Below, in pieces: positions 1-9,731 of a stretch of 64,000 nucleotides of DNA. Numbering within the stretch: the first letter of the stretch is position 1; every line of letters begins with the position of its first letter. The position numbers were made by a program, and so were the translations under genes. The stretch spans positions 55,655-119,654 of the forward strand of contig CALWEH010000003.1 of assembly GCA_944377145.1 (NCBI GenBank), written 5' to 3'. The notes below the pieces were generated by a model. It was given only the letters and a program-made list of their open reading frames with translations, ran no database searches and was not told the DNA's origin. This DNA comes from an uncultured Clostridia bacterium (lineage in GTDB: Bacteria > Bacillota > Clostridia > Christensenellales > UBA1242).

Positions 1-905
<905 letters not shown>

Positions 906-909
<4 letters not shown>

Positions 910-2087
910 AACTTTCTCTCCTTATTTTTTATTACCTTGGCTGTAATCTCATTGGTTAAAGTAGATATCTGTATTATATCATCTTTATTAAGGTTTGTAT
1001 AGTCTTTTAATCTAATATCATCTTTATTTATTATAGCATATCCTGTTTTTAATAAGTTTATAGGATTTAATTTATCTAGTGTATTCAACACTATATTTAC
1101 CCTATATATTGTATCATCTATTTTATTTTCAATAGAATTTAAGCATTTATTATTTAAATTTCTAATTTTTATTTCTAATCCATGAACAATATTAATAATA
1201 CAATTTTGAAGAGTAGAAATATAATTATCTAATATCATATTATTTTCAATATAATATTTATCTATAAATTTATTAAATTCATCTATATATCCCAATAATA
1301 TTGAGCATGTATCATAATAATCAAAAGACACTAATTCTGCTGCTGCAGATGGAGTTGGAGCACGCAAATCAGCAACAAAATCTATAATAGTAAAATCAGT
1401 TTCATGCCCCACGGCAGATATTATAGGCTTTTTACAGTTAAAGCAAGCTCTTGCAACATCTTCTTCATTAAAGGGTTGCAAATCTTCAAGTGAACCACCT
1501 CCACGAGCAACAATTACTACATCTACACCATCATAATTCGAAAAAAAATTAATTCCATCTATAATTTGCTGTTTTGCAACAATTCCTTGAACTTGTACAT
1601 CTTTTAACACTATATCTATTGTTGGATTTCTTCTAGAAACAATATTTATAATATCTTGTAAAACAGCACCTGTTTTTGAGCTAACTACTCCTATGCGTTT
1701 AATATATTTAGGGATAGCCTTTTTATATTTTAAATCAAATAAACCTTCGCTTTCAAGCTTAGCTTTAAGCTCTAAATATTGCTTATATAAATCTCCCTGT
1801 CCCACAGCTTCTATTTGACTAACATTAAAGGATAATTTCCCACCTTTAACATAATAATTCACTCCACCTGTAACTAAAACTTTATCTCCAATATTATAAC
1901 TATTATAGCAATTAAACATTACACAACTTAATAAACTATCATCATCTTTTATATTAAAATAGGCTATTCCTCTTGTAATAGAAAAAGAAGATATTTCTCC
2001 CATTACTGTAACATGCTCTAATATAACTTCATTTTCTAAAATATCTTTAATTCTTTTATTTAATTGACTAACAGTTAAACTAATCAT
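906..2087 (-). CDS. xseA: exodeoxyribonuclease VII large subunit
   Basis: 393 aa. N-terminal OB-fold region (V.GEIS.F), core motif VARGGGSLEDLQPFNEE and AVGHETDFTI. Lies next to xseB and nusB as in other Firmicutes. Confidence 0.9.
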
Positions 2088-2449
2088 TGTTTTATTAAGC
2101 CTGCCAAAAACCCATTTATAAAGCTAGGGCTACGCTCTGTAGAATATTTTTTAGCTAATTCAACCACTTCATTAATAACTATTTTATATTCACTTCCTGG
2201 AATATAAAAAATTTCAGCAATAGCTTCATATATAAGTGCAAGGTCTATTTTATACACTCTATTTAATGTAATACCTTTTAAATTTTCCGCCACCACTTTA
2301 TTTATCTCATCATAATGCTCTGTAAAAGCTGAAATAATAGATGAGCAGAATTCATCTATATTTTCAATAGGCAAAATCTCCTCTTCTTTTACATATAATT
2401 TTGAATAAATAATTTTAAAAGCATTTTCTCTTGATTGAATTCTACTCAT
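2084..2449 (-). CDS. nusB: transcription antitermination factor NusB
   Basis: SRENAFKIIY... and a C-terminal FINGFL motif. Start moved to the ATG at 2449, preceded by GGAGAAAT; the upstream part of the track ORF reads the RBS as codons (LGEIM). Confidence 0.85.
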   Translation of the reverse strand: MSRIQSRENAFKIIYSKLYVKEEEILPIENIDEFCSSIISAFTEHYDEINKVVAENLKGITLNRVYKIDLALIYEAIAEIFYIPGSEYKIVINEVVELAKKYSTERSPSFINGFLAGLIKQ

Positions 2450-2482
2450 AATTTCTCCTAAACTAGAAAAATCCCCCAAATA

Positions 2483-2836
2483 TTATTGAGGGTGTTTTTC
2501 TGCATCTACTATATGAACATTAATTGCTTTAATAGGCATTTCTATCATTGTAGATATACTATTTTTAATATTTTGCTGTACACGATATACTACATCGTTT
2601 ACACTATATCCAATTTCAACTATTATGTATACATCAATGATTAACCCTATTTGAGTAAATTTAATGCTAACACCATCTCCTATATTTTGTGAAAATATTC
2701 TTTTTATATTTTGAAATGGCGGTTGTGTTACATCAATTACTCCTGCTATTTCTTTAGTAGCAAGGGTTACAATAGACAACAGCATATTTTTATTTATATG
2801 GGTATTATTAAATGTATCTCTTACTTTTTGTGCCAT
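2483..2836 (-). CDS. Asp23/Gls24 family envelope stress protein
   Basis: Asp23-like sequence (IAGV..V...GV.I......I.DVYI.V.YG..I.DV...VQ..I). Conserved position between spoIIIAH and nusB. Start placed at the ATG 8 nt after AGGAGA. Confidence 0.8.
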   Translation of the reverse strand: MAQKVRDTFNNTHINKNMLLSIVTLATKEIAGVIDVTQPPFQNIKRIFSQNIGDGVSIKFTQIGLIIDVYIIVEIGYSVNDVVYRVQQNIKNSISTMIEMPIKAINVHIVDAEKHPQ

Positions 2837-2886
2837 ATACATATCTCCTTGTAAGTTATTATAGCACAAAGGTATCTATTTTGCAA

Positions 2887-3378
2887 TTATTCTGACGGAA
2901 TTATTATAATATCTTCCTCAGGTACTCCCAACTGCTCACATACAACATCAGTAATAATTATCATTTGATTTCTATCTATCTCAGGAGATTTAATAAATAC
3001 ATTTACATTAGTTTCACTTTGCGTAATAATGGCATCATCAAAACCTTTACCTACAAGTATACCTTCTATTACTAATTCTTTTTCCATTTGATTAATTAAA
3101 TTTAATTTATTTTTTTCTGCTTCTTGCTTAGCATCTTGTGAAGATGATGCACTAGTAATTATAGCTTCATAAAACTGAATTTCCTGTTTACGAGTACTTT
3201 CTCTCTCTGTTTTGTATGTAACATAAAAGCTTTCACTCATAGTTGAAGTTGGTTGAGATGTATTTGTTTTTGATGAATTTGATGATAATGAATTATTTAG
3301 CATAACATTAATATATCCTGTAATTACTAATAATCCAACCATAATAGATAAAATGATAATTTTCTTTTTCTTAGTCAT
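2887..3378 (-). CDS. spoIIIAH: stage III sporulation protein AH
   Basis: 163 aa with an N-terminal K-rich segment plus TM anchor and a soluble C-terminal domain. It is the last gene of the eight-gene spoIIIA cluster. Called mostly from position and architecture. Confidence 0.65.
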   Translation of the reverse strand: MTKKKKIIILSIMVGLLVITGYINVMLNNSLSSNSSKTNTSQPTSTMSESFYVTYKTERESTRKQEIQFYEAIITSASSSQDAKQEAEKNKLNLINQMEKELVIEGILVGKGFDDAIITQSETNVNVFIKSPEIDRNQMIIITDVVCEQLGVPEEDIIIIPSE

Positions 3379-3411
3379 AATTTACTCCTTTAATTATATA
3401 ATTTTTTATAT

Positions 3412-3864
3412 TTAATTACTTAACAATATTTCTATTCTGCCACTCGATATATCTATAACTGCTTGTACTGCTTTTAATATATTCATTTTAACGCCTGTAT
3501 TTTCCACCCCCTTTGCCACTATAATCACCCCTTTGATAGTTGGGAACTCTGTAGTTTCTATCACATCGTCTTTAACATTCGTTCCACTCATATCTAAAGT
3601 AATCATAACATTTACATCACTTGCTCCTTGGATTTGAGATAATATTTGCTCAAGTTTTGTTTCCATATTTTCTACATAACTTGTAATAGATGATGTTGCT
3701 TCTGTTGAGTTTGAATAATTATCTTTTTCCTTATCTCCTGTAGATGAGAAGAATATTAATATAAGTATTATTGCAAATATTATAGTTATGTATATTTCTA
3801 TATGCTTTATATTCTTAAGTTTTTCTACCCATTTAAATTTGCTCTTTTGAGGTTTTTCACTCAC
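3412..3864 (-). CDS. spoIIIAG: stage III sporulation protein AG
   Basis: 150 aa with an N-terminal TM segment and the C-terminal motif P.IKGVIIVAKGVEN..VK..I..AV..V. Position in the spoIIIA operon fits. Confidence 0.75.
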   Translation of the reverse strand: MSEKPQKSKFKWVEKLKNIKHIEIYITIIFAIILILIFFSSTGDKEKDNYSNSTEATSSITSYVENMETKLEQILSQIQGASDVNVMITLDMSGTNVKDDVIETTEFPTIKGVIIVAKGVENTGVKMNILKAVQAVIDISSGRIEILLSN

Positions 3865-4339
3865 AAAATACTATCACCTCCTCAGTTACAGCTATATGGC
3901 TCATAACAACTTGTCTAATATATACATATTTATTTATATTCACAGTATTTTGATTAATGACTAAATTTTGCAAATCCACCAAAACTTGTGTTATTTTTAC
4001 ATTATCCGCCTCCATTTCAAACTGTATATCTATCTTAACATTGGTGTATCCGTTTGTATTTAATTCTTCTATAATAATTTGTTCAATTTCACCTAATTTA
4101 GAGTTATTTATATTGTATAATAATTTTTCATTTAATTGTATATCTGTTTTAGTAAAATAATCGCTTAATTTATAATCACTCTTAATCCAAGTTAATATTG
4201 GAGAAAGTATTACAAACATTACAAATATAGAAAATATTCCTGATATATACTTAGATGTAGTTCCTGACGGTAATATCACTTCTATTAACACACCTAATAA
4301 TACAATCCCTAATAATGTTAACAAATATCCACTCATCAT
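3857..4339 (-). CDS. spoIIIAF: stage III sporulation protein AF
   Basis: 160 aa with two N-terminal TM helices (LIEVILPSG..SKYI..IFS). Overlaps spoIIIAG by 8 nt and sits in the expected operon position. Confidence 0.7.
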   Translation of the reverse strand: MMSGYLLTLLGIVLLGVLIEVILPSGTTSKYISGIFSIFVMFVILSPILTWIKSDYKLSDYFTKTDIQLNEKLLYNINNSKLGEIEQIIIEELNTNGYTNVKIDIQFEMEADNVKITQVLVDLQNLVINQNTVNINKYVYIRQVVMSHIAVTEEVIVFCE

Positions 4340-4345
4340 TCCTCC

Positions 4346-5566
4346 TTACACCACATTAGCTGACGCCATACACAATCCTATAGATAAAAAGTACATAAAT
4401 CCAACTACTATAATACATGTAGATAGCATTGTAATAGTTTTAGATGTACTATGCAAGAAGTTTGTAATTCTACCATTATTTAATGGTTGTAATATTGCAC
4501 TCACTGCTTTTAACATCAAACTAAATATTATAATTTCTAATATTGGAGAAAGAATAGATGAAATTATTAATAATATTCCCACCAAACCTATTGAATTTTT
4601 AATTAAAACTCCACTTGCAAGAATTAAATCCATTCCTTGAGATAAATATCCTCCCATAACAGGAACATAACTGCTAATAGTGAATTTTGCAGTTCTTAAT
4701 GAAACTGAATCAAAAGCCCCTGCTGATATTCCTTGAATAGATATTACTGCAAAAAATATTGTAAATGTAACTCCTATAATCCATTTAAATAAACTATTTA
4801 AAAAAGAATTAAACTTGTCCAATTTAACATTGTTAGATAAATGCCCTATAATATTAAGTACAAAAGTAAAAATAAATATTGGCATAACTACTTTTAATAT
4901 TATTATGCTAATAATATTGCTCATAATAGCCAAAACAGGTTGAAATACTCCTACACTTGAAACAGAGCCTATTCCTACCATGAGAGTTAGTATAATGGGA
5001 AATAAAATATTTATTTGATTTTCCATTATACCTAAAGTGTCTGAGGTGCTGTTTATAAGCCTTTTTATGCTAGTTGCCATAACTACAACTATCAAGCAAA
5101 AACATACAAAATGAACAATATCTGCTGTTGATTTTTCAGCAAATTTACTCTTTATTTGCCCTAACAGGCTAGCTATTACCCCTATCCCAACAATTAAAGC
5201 AAACATAGGCACATATTGAATTATTAATTGCATTATTACTTGAAATATAATTTCAATCAGCATTGAATAATCTACTGCTTGCTCTCCGTTTATAACACTC
5301 TGCACTTTATCTTTTACATTATTTAATGAAAACATTTTTACTTGATTTTCATCAAAGTTACTAACTGCTTCTTCAAGAGGAGTAAAATCTATATCATACA
5401 ATAAATCTTCAACATTTGAGCCTAATTCTTCACTCATGCTAACTATGCTAGTGGTAGCACAATATGTATATGTTGGTTGAACAATAAGTGCAAAAAATGA
5501 AATTATTATAACTAATAAAATGCAAGTACGCTTAACATACTCTGGACGATTTCTTAATTTTATCAT
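4346..5566 (-). CDS. spoIIIAE: stage III sporulation protein AE (polytopic membrane protein)
   Basis: 406 aa with a signal-like N-terminus and many TM helices. Size and order match SpoIIIAE. Confidence 0.85.
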   Translation of the reverse strand: MIKLRNRPEYVKRTCILLVIIISFFALIVQPTYTYCATTSIVSMSEELGSNVEDLLYDIDFTPLEEAVSNFDENQVKMFSLNNVKDKVQSVINGEQAVDYSMLIEIIFQVIMQLIIQYVPMFALIVGIGVIASLLGQIKSKFAEKSTADIVHFVCFCLIVVVMATSIKRLINSTSDTLGIMENQINILFPIILTLMVGIGSVSSVGVFQPVLAIMSNIISIIILKVVMPIFIFTFVLNIIGHLSNNVKLDKFNSFLNSLFKWIIGVTFTIFFAVISIQGISAGAFDSVSLRTAKFTISSYVPVMGGYLSQGMDLILASGVLIKNSIGLVGILLIISSILSPILEIIIFSLMLKAVSAILQPLNNGRITNFLHSTSKTITMLSTCIIVVGFMYFLSIGLCMASANVV

Positions 5567-5946
5567 AATAGCTCCATTACAATGTCAAGCACACTGTTTA
5601 TAATAGGCAAAGCAATTATTAAAATAGAAATTTTACCACAAAATAAAATTTTGTCTGCAATACTATTGCAGCCGCCATCTATACATAAATTTGCTCCAAA
5701 TTCGCATAAATATCCAATTCCAATTATTTTTAATACAGGAACAAAAAGTGAATTACTTACGCCTGTTTTATTAAATATGCCCATGAAATTGCCAAACACA
5801 TTCTGTAGTAATTGTATTGAAAAAATAATTATAATTATACAGCCGGCAATATTTATAAGCATAGCAATTTCAGGTTTAATTTGACGAACTATAATACTTG
5901 CTATTACTGTAATAAGTCCGGCAATAACCACTTTTACCACATCCAT
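5563..5946 (-). CDS. spoIIIAD: stage III sporulation protein AD
   Basis: 127 aa polytopic membrane protein that overlaps the spoIIIAE start by 4 nt. Order and size fit SpoIIIAD. Confidence 0.8.
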   Translation of the reverse strand: MDVVKVVIAGLITVIASIIVRQIKPEIAMLINIAGCIIIIIFSIQLLQNVFGNFMGIFNKTGVSNSLFVPVLKIIGIGYLCEFGANLCIDGGCNSIADKILFCGKISILIIALPIINSVLDIVMELL

Positions 5947-5954
5947 ATATTACC

Positions 5955-6149
5955 TCAAAATGAAAATAAATTTTTAACAGTATCTAATAGATTTTGCACT
6001 AAATCTAATACCATTAATAAACAAATTATAAGTCCAGCTAATGTGGTTACAGATGCAATTTCTTCTTTACCTAAATGTTTTAGTATTTGATTGACTATAG
6101 CAGTTATAAGCCCTATACCCGCAATTTTAAATATAATATCTACTGACAC
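5955..6149 (-). CDS. spoIIIAC: stage III sporulation protein AC
   Basis: 64 aa with two TM helices (IFKIAGIGL...LAGL). Order and size fit SpoIIIAC. Confidence 0.8.
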   Translation of the reverse strand: MSVDIIFKIAGIGLITAIVNQILKHLGKEEIASVTTLAGLIICLLMVLDLVQNLLDTVKNLFSF

Positions 6150-6175
6150 TTTTTTCTCCTTAATTTTTATATCTT

Positions 6176-6658
6176 TTAAATAAATAATATAGCAAGTCCA
6201 ATAGCAAATAAAAATGACAATTTAGTAATAAGAGGACAATATTTTTCTTTTTCATTTAAAGTCTTTGTTATTTTATCTTTTAAATACATGTCATAAGCTT
6301 CTAATTGCTTTATTTCTCCAGCTGTATCATGCTTGCCTAAAGAGTGAAGCATTTTAGCGATATACTCTTCTTCAGCATCATCTAAAATATGTACAAAACT
6401 TAAATCTAGGTTTGTTCCTTCTTCTAAATATTGTAAATAAGCTGTATATATGTCTTTGTTAGTTTTCTTTAAATTGGTTTGATTTAATATCTCTTTTATC
6501 TTTTGTTTTTGAAATCCTAAATTTAATCGCATTTGCCTAAAAAATTCGCTTAAAGATTCAAATAATAAATACCTATCTTTATATTGTTTACAAACCCCTT
6601 GAGCAACAAGCATTATGACACATATTAAACATATCATTAAAATATATTTCATAATCAC
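6176..6658 (-). CDS. spoIIIAB: stage III sporulation protein AB
   Basis: 160 aa with TM helices at both N- and C-termini and a helical cytoplasmic core. Overlaps the spoIIIAA stop by 4 nt. Confidence 0.7.
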   Translation of the reverse strand: MIMKYILMICLICVIMLVAQGVCKQYKDRYLLFESLSEFFRQMRLNLGFQKQKIKEILNQTNLKKTNKDIYTAYLQYLEEGTNLDLSFVHILDDAEEEYIAKMLHSLGKHDTAGEIKQLEAYDMYLKDKITKTLNEKEKYCPLITKLSFLFAIGLAILFI

Positions 6659-7569
6659 CTACAATACATACATTGAAGCTTTGCATCATATATACCTGTT
6701 AAAGTTCCTGGACCTTCTTGATCTCCTAAAACAATATATCTATCAAATATTTTATTTGAAGTAATAAAATCAAATCCTCTTTTTGCTTTTAATTGCGTTA
6801 TACTATCACTATGAATAGTTGCCAATACTTTAACTCCTGAATTTGTAGCATCAATTATACTTTGAATATCTTTATCTACATCTATTTCATCTGTAACAAA
6901 TATATCAGGCTTCATTGTTCTCAATCCATGCTTAAAAGCAAATTCTTTGCTACAATTTGAATAAATATCAGCAAAGTTTCCCAAAGGTATTTCTGCAACT
7001 CCATTATATACTGAAGCTATTTCATTCCTTTCATCTGCTACTAATACATTATAACAATAGTTTTGATTAGATAATTGATATATCACATCTCTAATAAAGG
7101 TGGTTTTCCCTGCACCTGCAGGTGAAATTACTAATGTATTTAAAAACTCTTTATCCATCATATAATCTAAAGCTAATAAGCTACAACCCTTAATATTGTG
7201 AGGAATTCGAATATTTGCTGATTGAAAATTTTTAATAGTAACCACTTCATTATCGTTGTATACAACTTCCCCACATATTCCTACTCTCACTCCCTTAGGT
7301 AATGTTACAAAACCTTGTTTTAATTGGTCGTTTACAGCATATACAGCATTATCACATAATTTATATACAAATTCTTGCATCATTTCGTATGTACAAATAA
7401 TTGCATGTGAATAGTCACAAAATCCTTTTTCTCCTACAAAATATTTTTTATTTTTAATACATACTATTAGCGGGCAATTCACTCTTAGCCTAATTTCATT
7501 TATATCAGCATAATTTATATATCTTGCTATTGAATTATATATAACTTCTGGTAAATATTTTCTTAACAT
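6655..7569 (-). CDS. spoIIIAA: stage III sporulation protein AA (secretion-type ATPase)
   Basis: 304 aa with Walker A SPAGAGKTT and Walker B IFVTDEI. First gene of the operon, with an AGGAG RBS 6 nt upstream. Confidence 0.85.
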   Translation of the reverse strand: MLRKYLPEVIYNSIARYINYADINEIRLRVNCPLIVCIKNKKYFVGEKGFCDYSHAIICTYEMMQEFVYKLCDNAVYAVNDQLKQGFVTLPKGVRVGICGEVVYNDNEVVTIKNFQSANIRIPHNIKGCSLLALDYMMDKEFLNTLVISPAGAGKTTFIRDVIYQLSNQNYCYNVLVADERNEIASVYNGVAEIPLGNFADIYSNCSKEFAFKHGLRTMKPDIFVTDEIDVDKDIQSIIDATNSGVKVLATIHSDSITQLKAKRGFDFITSNKIFDRYIVLGDQEGPGTLTGIYDAKLQCMYCR

Positions 7570-7648
7570 ACTATAGCTCCTATATAAAAAGTTTTAATAA
7601 AAACTCTTTTACATATTGATATAACTTTATAGCTAATATTAGAACAGA

Positions 7649-7680
7649 TAAAAAAAATAGCACAATATTCGTGCTATTTT
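7649..7680 (-). terminator. rho-independent terminator after efp
   Basis: Minus strand reads ATAGCAC-GAATATT-GTGCTAT (7-bp stem) followed by 8 T, about 20 nt after the efp stop. Confidence 0.8.
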
Positions 7681-7698
7681 GCTAAATTTTGTATAATT

Positions 7699-8277
7699 TT
7701 ATAACCTCTCCATATATTCACCTGTACGAGTATCTACACGCACACGGTCTCCTTCATTTACAAATAAAGGAACTTGAATTGTATATCCTGTTTCAAGCTT
7801 TGCTGGTTTATTACCAGATTTAGCTGTATCTCCACGAACTCCTGGTTCGCATTGAGTAATTGTTAATTCTACAAACATTGGAGGTTCAACATTTATAGCT
7901 GTACCTTTATAAAATTGAACTTGAGCTGTAGTATTCTCTACCATAAATTTCATAGCATCAGCTACTGTTTCATAATTAAATGGAATTTGCTCATAAGTTT
8001 CATTATCCATGAAATAATACAATCCACCTTCATTGTATAAATACTGCATTTCTCTTCTCTCAATTGATACATCATCAATTTTTTCAGATGGATTATATGT
8101 TCTTTCTATAACCTTGCCTGTAATTACATTTTTAAGTGTAGTTCTTACAAATGCAGCACCTTTTCCTGGTTTTACATGTTGGAAATCAACCACTAAAAAT
8201 AAATTTGGGTTTTTTGGATCATTGCTTGATCCATCATCAAAAATTACACCTTTTCTTATATCTCCTGCACTAATCAT
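7699..8277 (-). CDS. efp: translation elongation factor P
   Basis: 192 aa: [10 protein letters not shown]...[20 protein letters not shown]; the EF-P KPGKG loop is present. Confidence 0.95.
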   Translation of the reverse strand: MISAGDIRKGVIFDDGSSNDPKNPNLFLVVDFQHVKPGKGAAFVRTTLKNVITGKVIERTYNPSEKIDDVSIERREMQYLYNEGGLYYFMDNETYEQIPFNYETVADAMKFMVENTTAQVQFYKGTAINVEPPMFVELTITQCEPGVRGDTAKSGNKPAKLETGYTIQVPLFVNEGDRVRVDTRTGEYMERL

Positions 8278-8306
8278 AACATTCTCCTTTTAAAATTTTA
8301 CGTTTT

Positions 8307-8335
8307 ATTATAACATATAAAACACTTTTTGAAAA
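8307..8335 (-). promoter_or_regulatory. sigma-A-type promoter for efp
   Basis: Minus strand: TTTTCA, 17 nt spacer, TGtTATAAT (extended -10), about 30 nt upstream of the efp RBS (AAAGGAG). Confidence 0.55.
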
Positions 8336-8418
8336 GTATTTATATAAATTTTTATATTTAATATATATTTAATTTGCATATATTTTGTAATAAACTCTTG
8401 ATAAATATAGAATTTACA

Positions 8419-8443
8419 TTAAAAAACTGTAAAGAATTACAGT
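8419..8443 (-). terminator. rho-independent terminator after truB
   Basis: Minus strand: ACTGTAA-TTCT-TTACAGT followed by TTTTTT. The 5' arm overlaps the truB stop codon. The stem is AT-rich. Confidence 0.55.
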
Positions 8444-9354
8444 TTAAAATATTTTATCATTTTTATATGTTTATTTATTGCCACAGCTATTCCAACAAAT
8501 TGTTTATACATATATAGCCTATACTCACCATCTTTAATATTTAATATTAAAGTTTGACCTTGAATTAGCCTTCTCACATCATCTACTTGATCTATTATTG
8601 GCATATAATCCAATGCACTATCTATAGGAAGTAACCTAGACCTGATATCTTCATCTGCCATAGCTTTTATGTCTATACACTCTGAAATATCAAATTTTCC
8701 TAATCTTATTCTTCTTAAACTTGTCATTGTAGCTAAGCTATTTAAACTATATGCAATATCTCTAGATAAAGAACGAATATAAGTTCCAGCACCACAATCA
8801 ATTTTTAATGTTAACACATTTTTATTATAATTTAATATTTCAATAGAATTTATTTTCACTTTGCAAGGATTCAATTCAAATTCTTTACCACTTCTTGCCA
8901 TGTCATAAGCATTTTTGCCATTTATTTTTTTTGCACTATATTTAGGAGGTATTTGCTCTATTTCTCCTATAAACTTAGGTAATACAGCTTTAATTTGTTC
9001 TAATGTTGGAATAATTCCATCTTGAATTTTAACAATTTCATCACTGTTTTTAGCCACTTCTAACATTTTATCTGTATCAAAATCTTTTAAAACAGCATCT
9101 ATTTTCCCATCTGCATCTAAAGTGTCTGTTGAATATCCAAAAGTAAACTCAGCTATATATGTTTTTGATTTATTTAAGAATATGTCAAATAACTTTGTAG
9201 CACTTCCTATAGTTATAGCTAATACTCCTGTAGCCATTGGGTCAAGAGTACCTAAATGCCCTACTTCTTTAGTTCCAAACACTCGCTTACAATAACTTAC
9301 TACATTAAAACTTGTCCATTCAGGTCTTTTATCTACTAATAAAATTCCTCTCAT
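8437..9354 (-). CDS. truB: tRNA pseudouridine(55) synthase
   Basis: 305 aa: GILLVDK...TS...V...KR......VGH.GTLDPMATGVL, including the catalytic Asp motif. Follows rbfA as in other genomes. Confidence 0.9.
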   Translation of the reverse strand: MRGILLVDKRPEWTSFNVVSYCKRVFGTKEVGHLGTLDPMATGVLAITIGSATKLFDIFLNKSKTYIAEFTFGYSTDTLDADGKIDAVLKDFDTDKMLEVAKNSDEIVKIQDGIIPTLEQIKAVLPKFIGEIEQIPPKYSAKKINGKNAYDMARSGKEFELNPCKVKINSIEILNYNKNVLTLKIDCGAGTYIRSLSRDIAYSLNSLATMTSLRRIRLGKFDISECIDIKAMADEDIRSRLLPIDSALDYMPIIDQVDDVRRLIQGQTLILNIKDGEYRLYMYKQFVGIAVAINKHIKMIKYFKL

Positions 9355-9731
9355 TAATCTTCCTCATAATCAAATTTATCGTCAGGATTAGTAGAATAAG
9401 ATATATTGTTTAATAAACTATCTATTTTTTGACCATAAGCTTGAGAATTATCTAAAAAGAATTCTAAACGTGGAGTAATTCTCAAACGAATTCTTTGAGA
9501 TAATTTTCCCCTAATAAATGATCCTGCTCCCTTAATTCTATTCAATACCTCTTCACTATCTCCGCCATAAATAGATAAAAACACTTTAGCAGTTGATAAA
9601 TCTGGTGATACACTCACTTCACTCACTCCTATAAGCGAGGTTATTTGAGGATCACGCAAGTCGTTATTTATTATTGTGGCTATTTCTTTTTGCAATTCAG
9701 CATTAACTCTTTCTAATCTATTATTTTTCAT
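9354..9731 (-). CDS. rbfA: ribosome-binding factor A
   Basis: 125 aa: RV...L..EI..II...L.DP....I.VSEV.VS.DL..AKVF. Sits immediately after infB. Confidence 0.9.
   Translation of the reverse strand: MKNNRLERVNAELQKEIATIINNDLRDPQITSLIGVSEVSVSPDLSTAKVFLSIYGGDSEEVLNRIKGAGSFIRGKLSQRIRLRITPRLEFFLDNSQAYGQKIDSLLNNISYSTNPDDKFDYEED

Noticed and set aside
2450-2479. N-terminal extensions in the ORF track: the MGEIM/LGEIM/MEEIM prefixes of nusB, secD (37809-37820), yajC (38915-38926) and rpsP (25557-25568). Similar extensions occur for asp23, yraN, rimM, scpA, recJ, secF, the yrzE-like gene, tgt, ruvA, nifS, tcdA, hslU, comM and der.
   Set aside because: In each case the extra codons are a Shine-Dalgarno sequence (GGAGAAATT and similar) read as protein. 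Otherwise they begin at a GTG/TTG inside the upstream gene, promoter or terminator. An ATG with proper RBS spacing lies downstream and matches the conserved N-termini.
7611-7641. A possible sigma-E promoter for spoIIIAA (-35 TAATATT, identical to the spoIVA promoter).
   Set aside because: At spacers of 13-16 nt the -10 candidates (ATCAATAT, CAATATGT) match CATACAnT poorly. In this AT-rich context the -35 alone is not convincing, so no feature was called.
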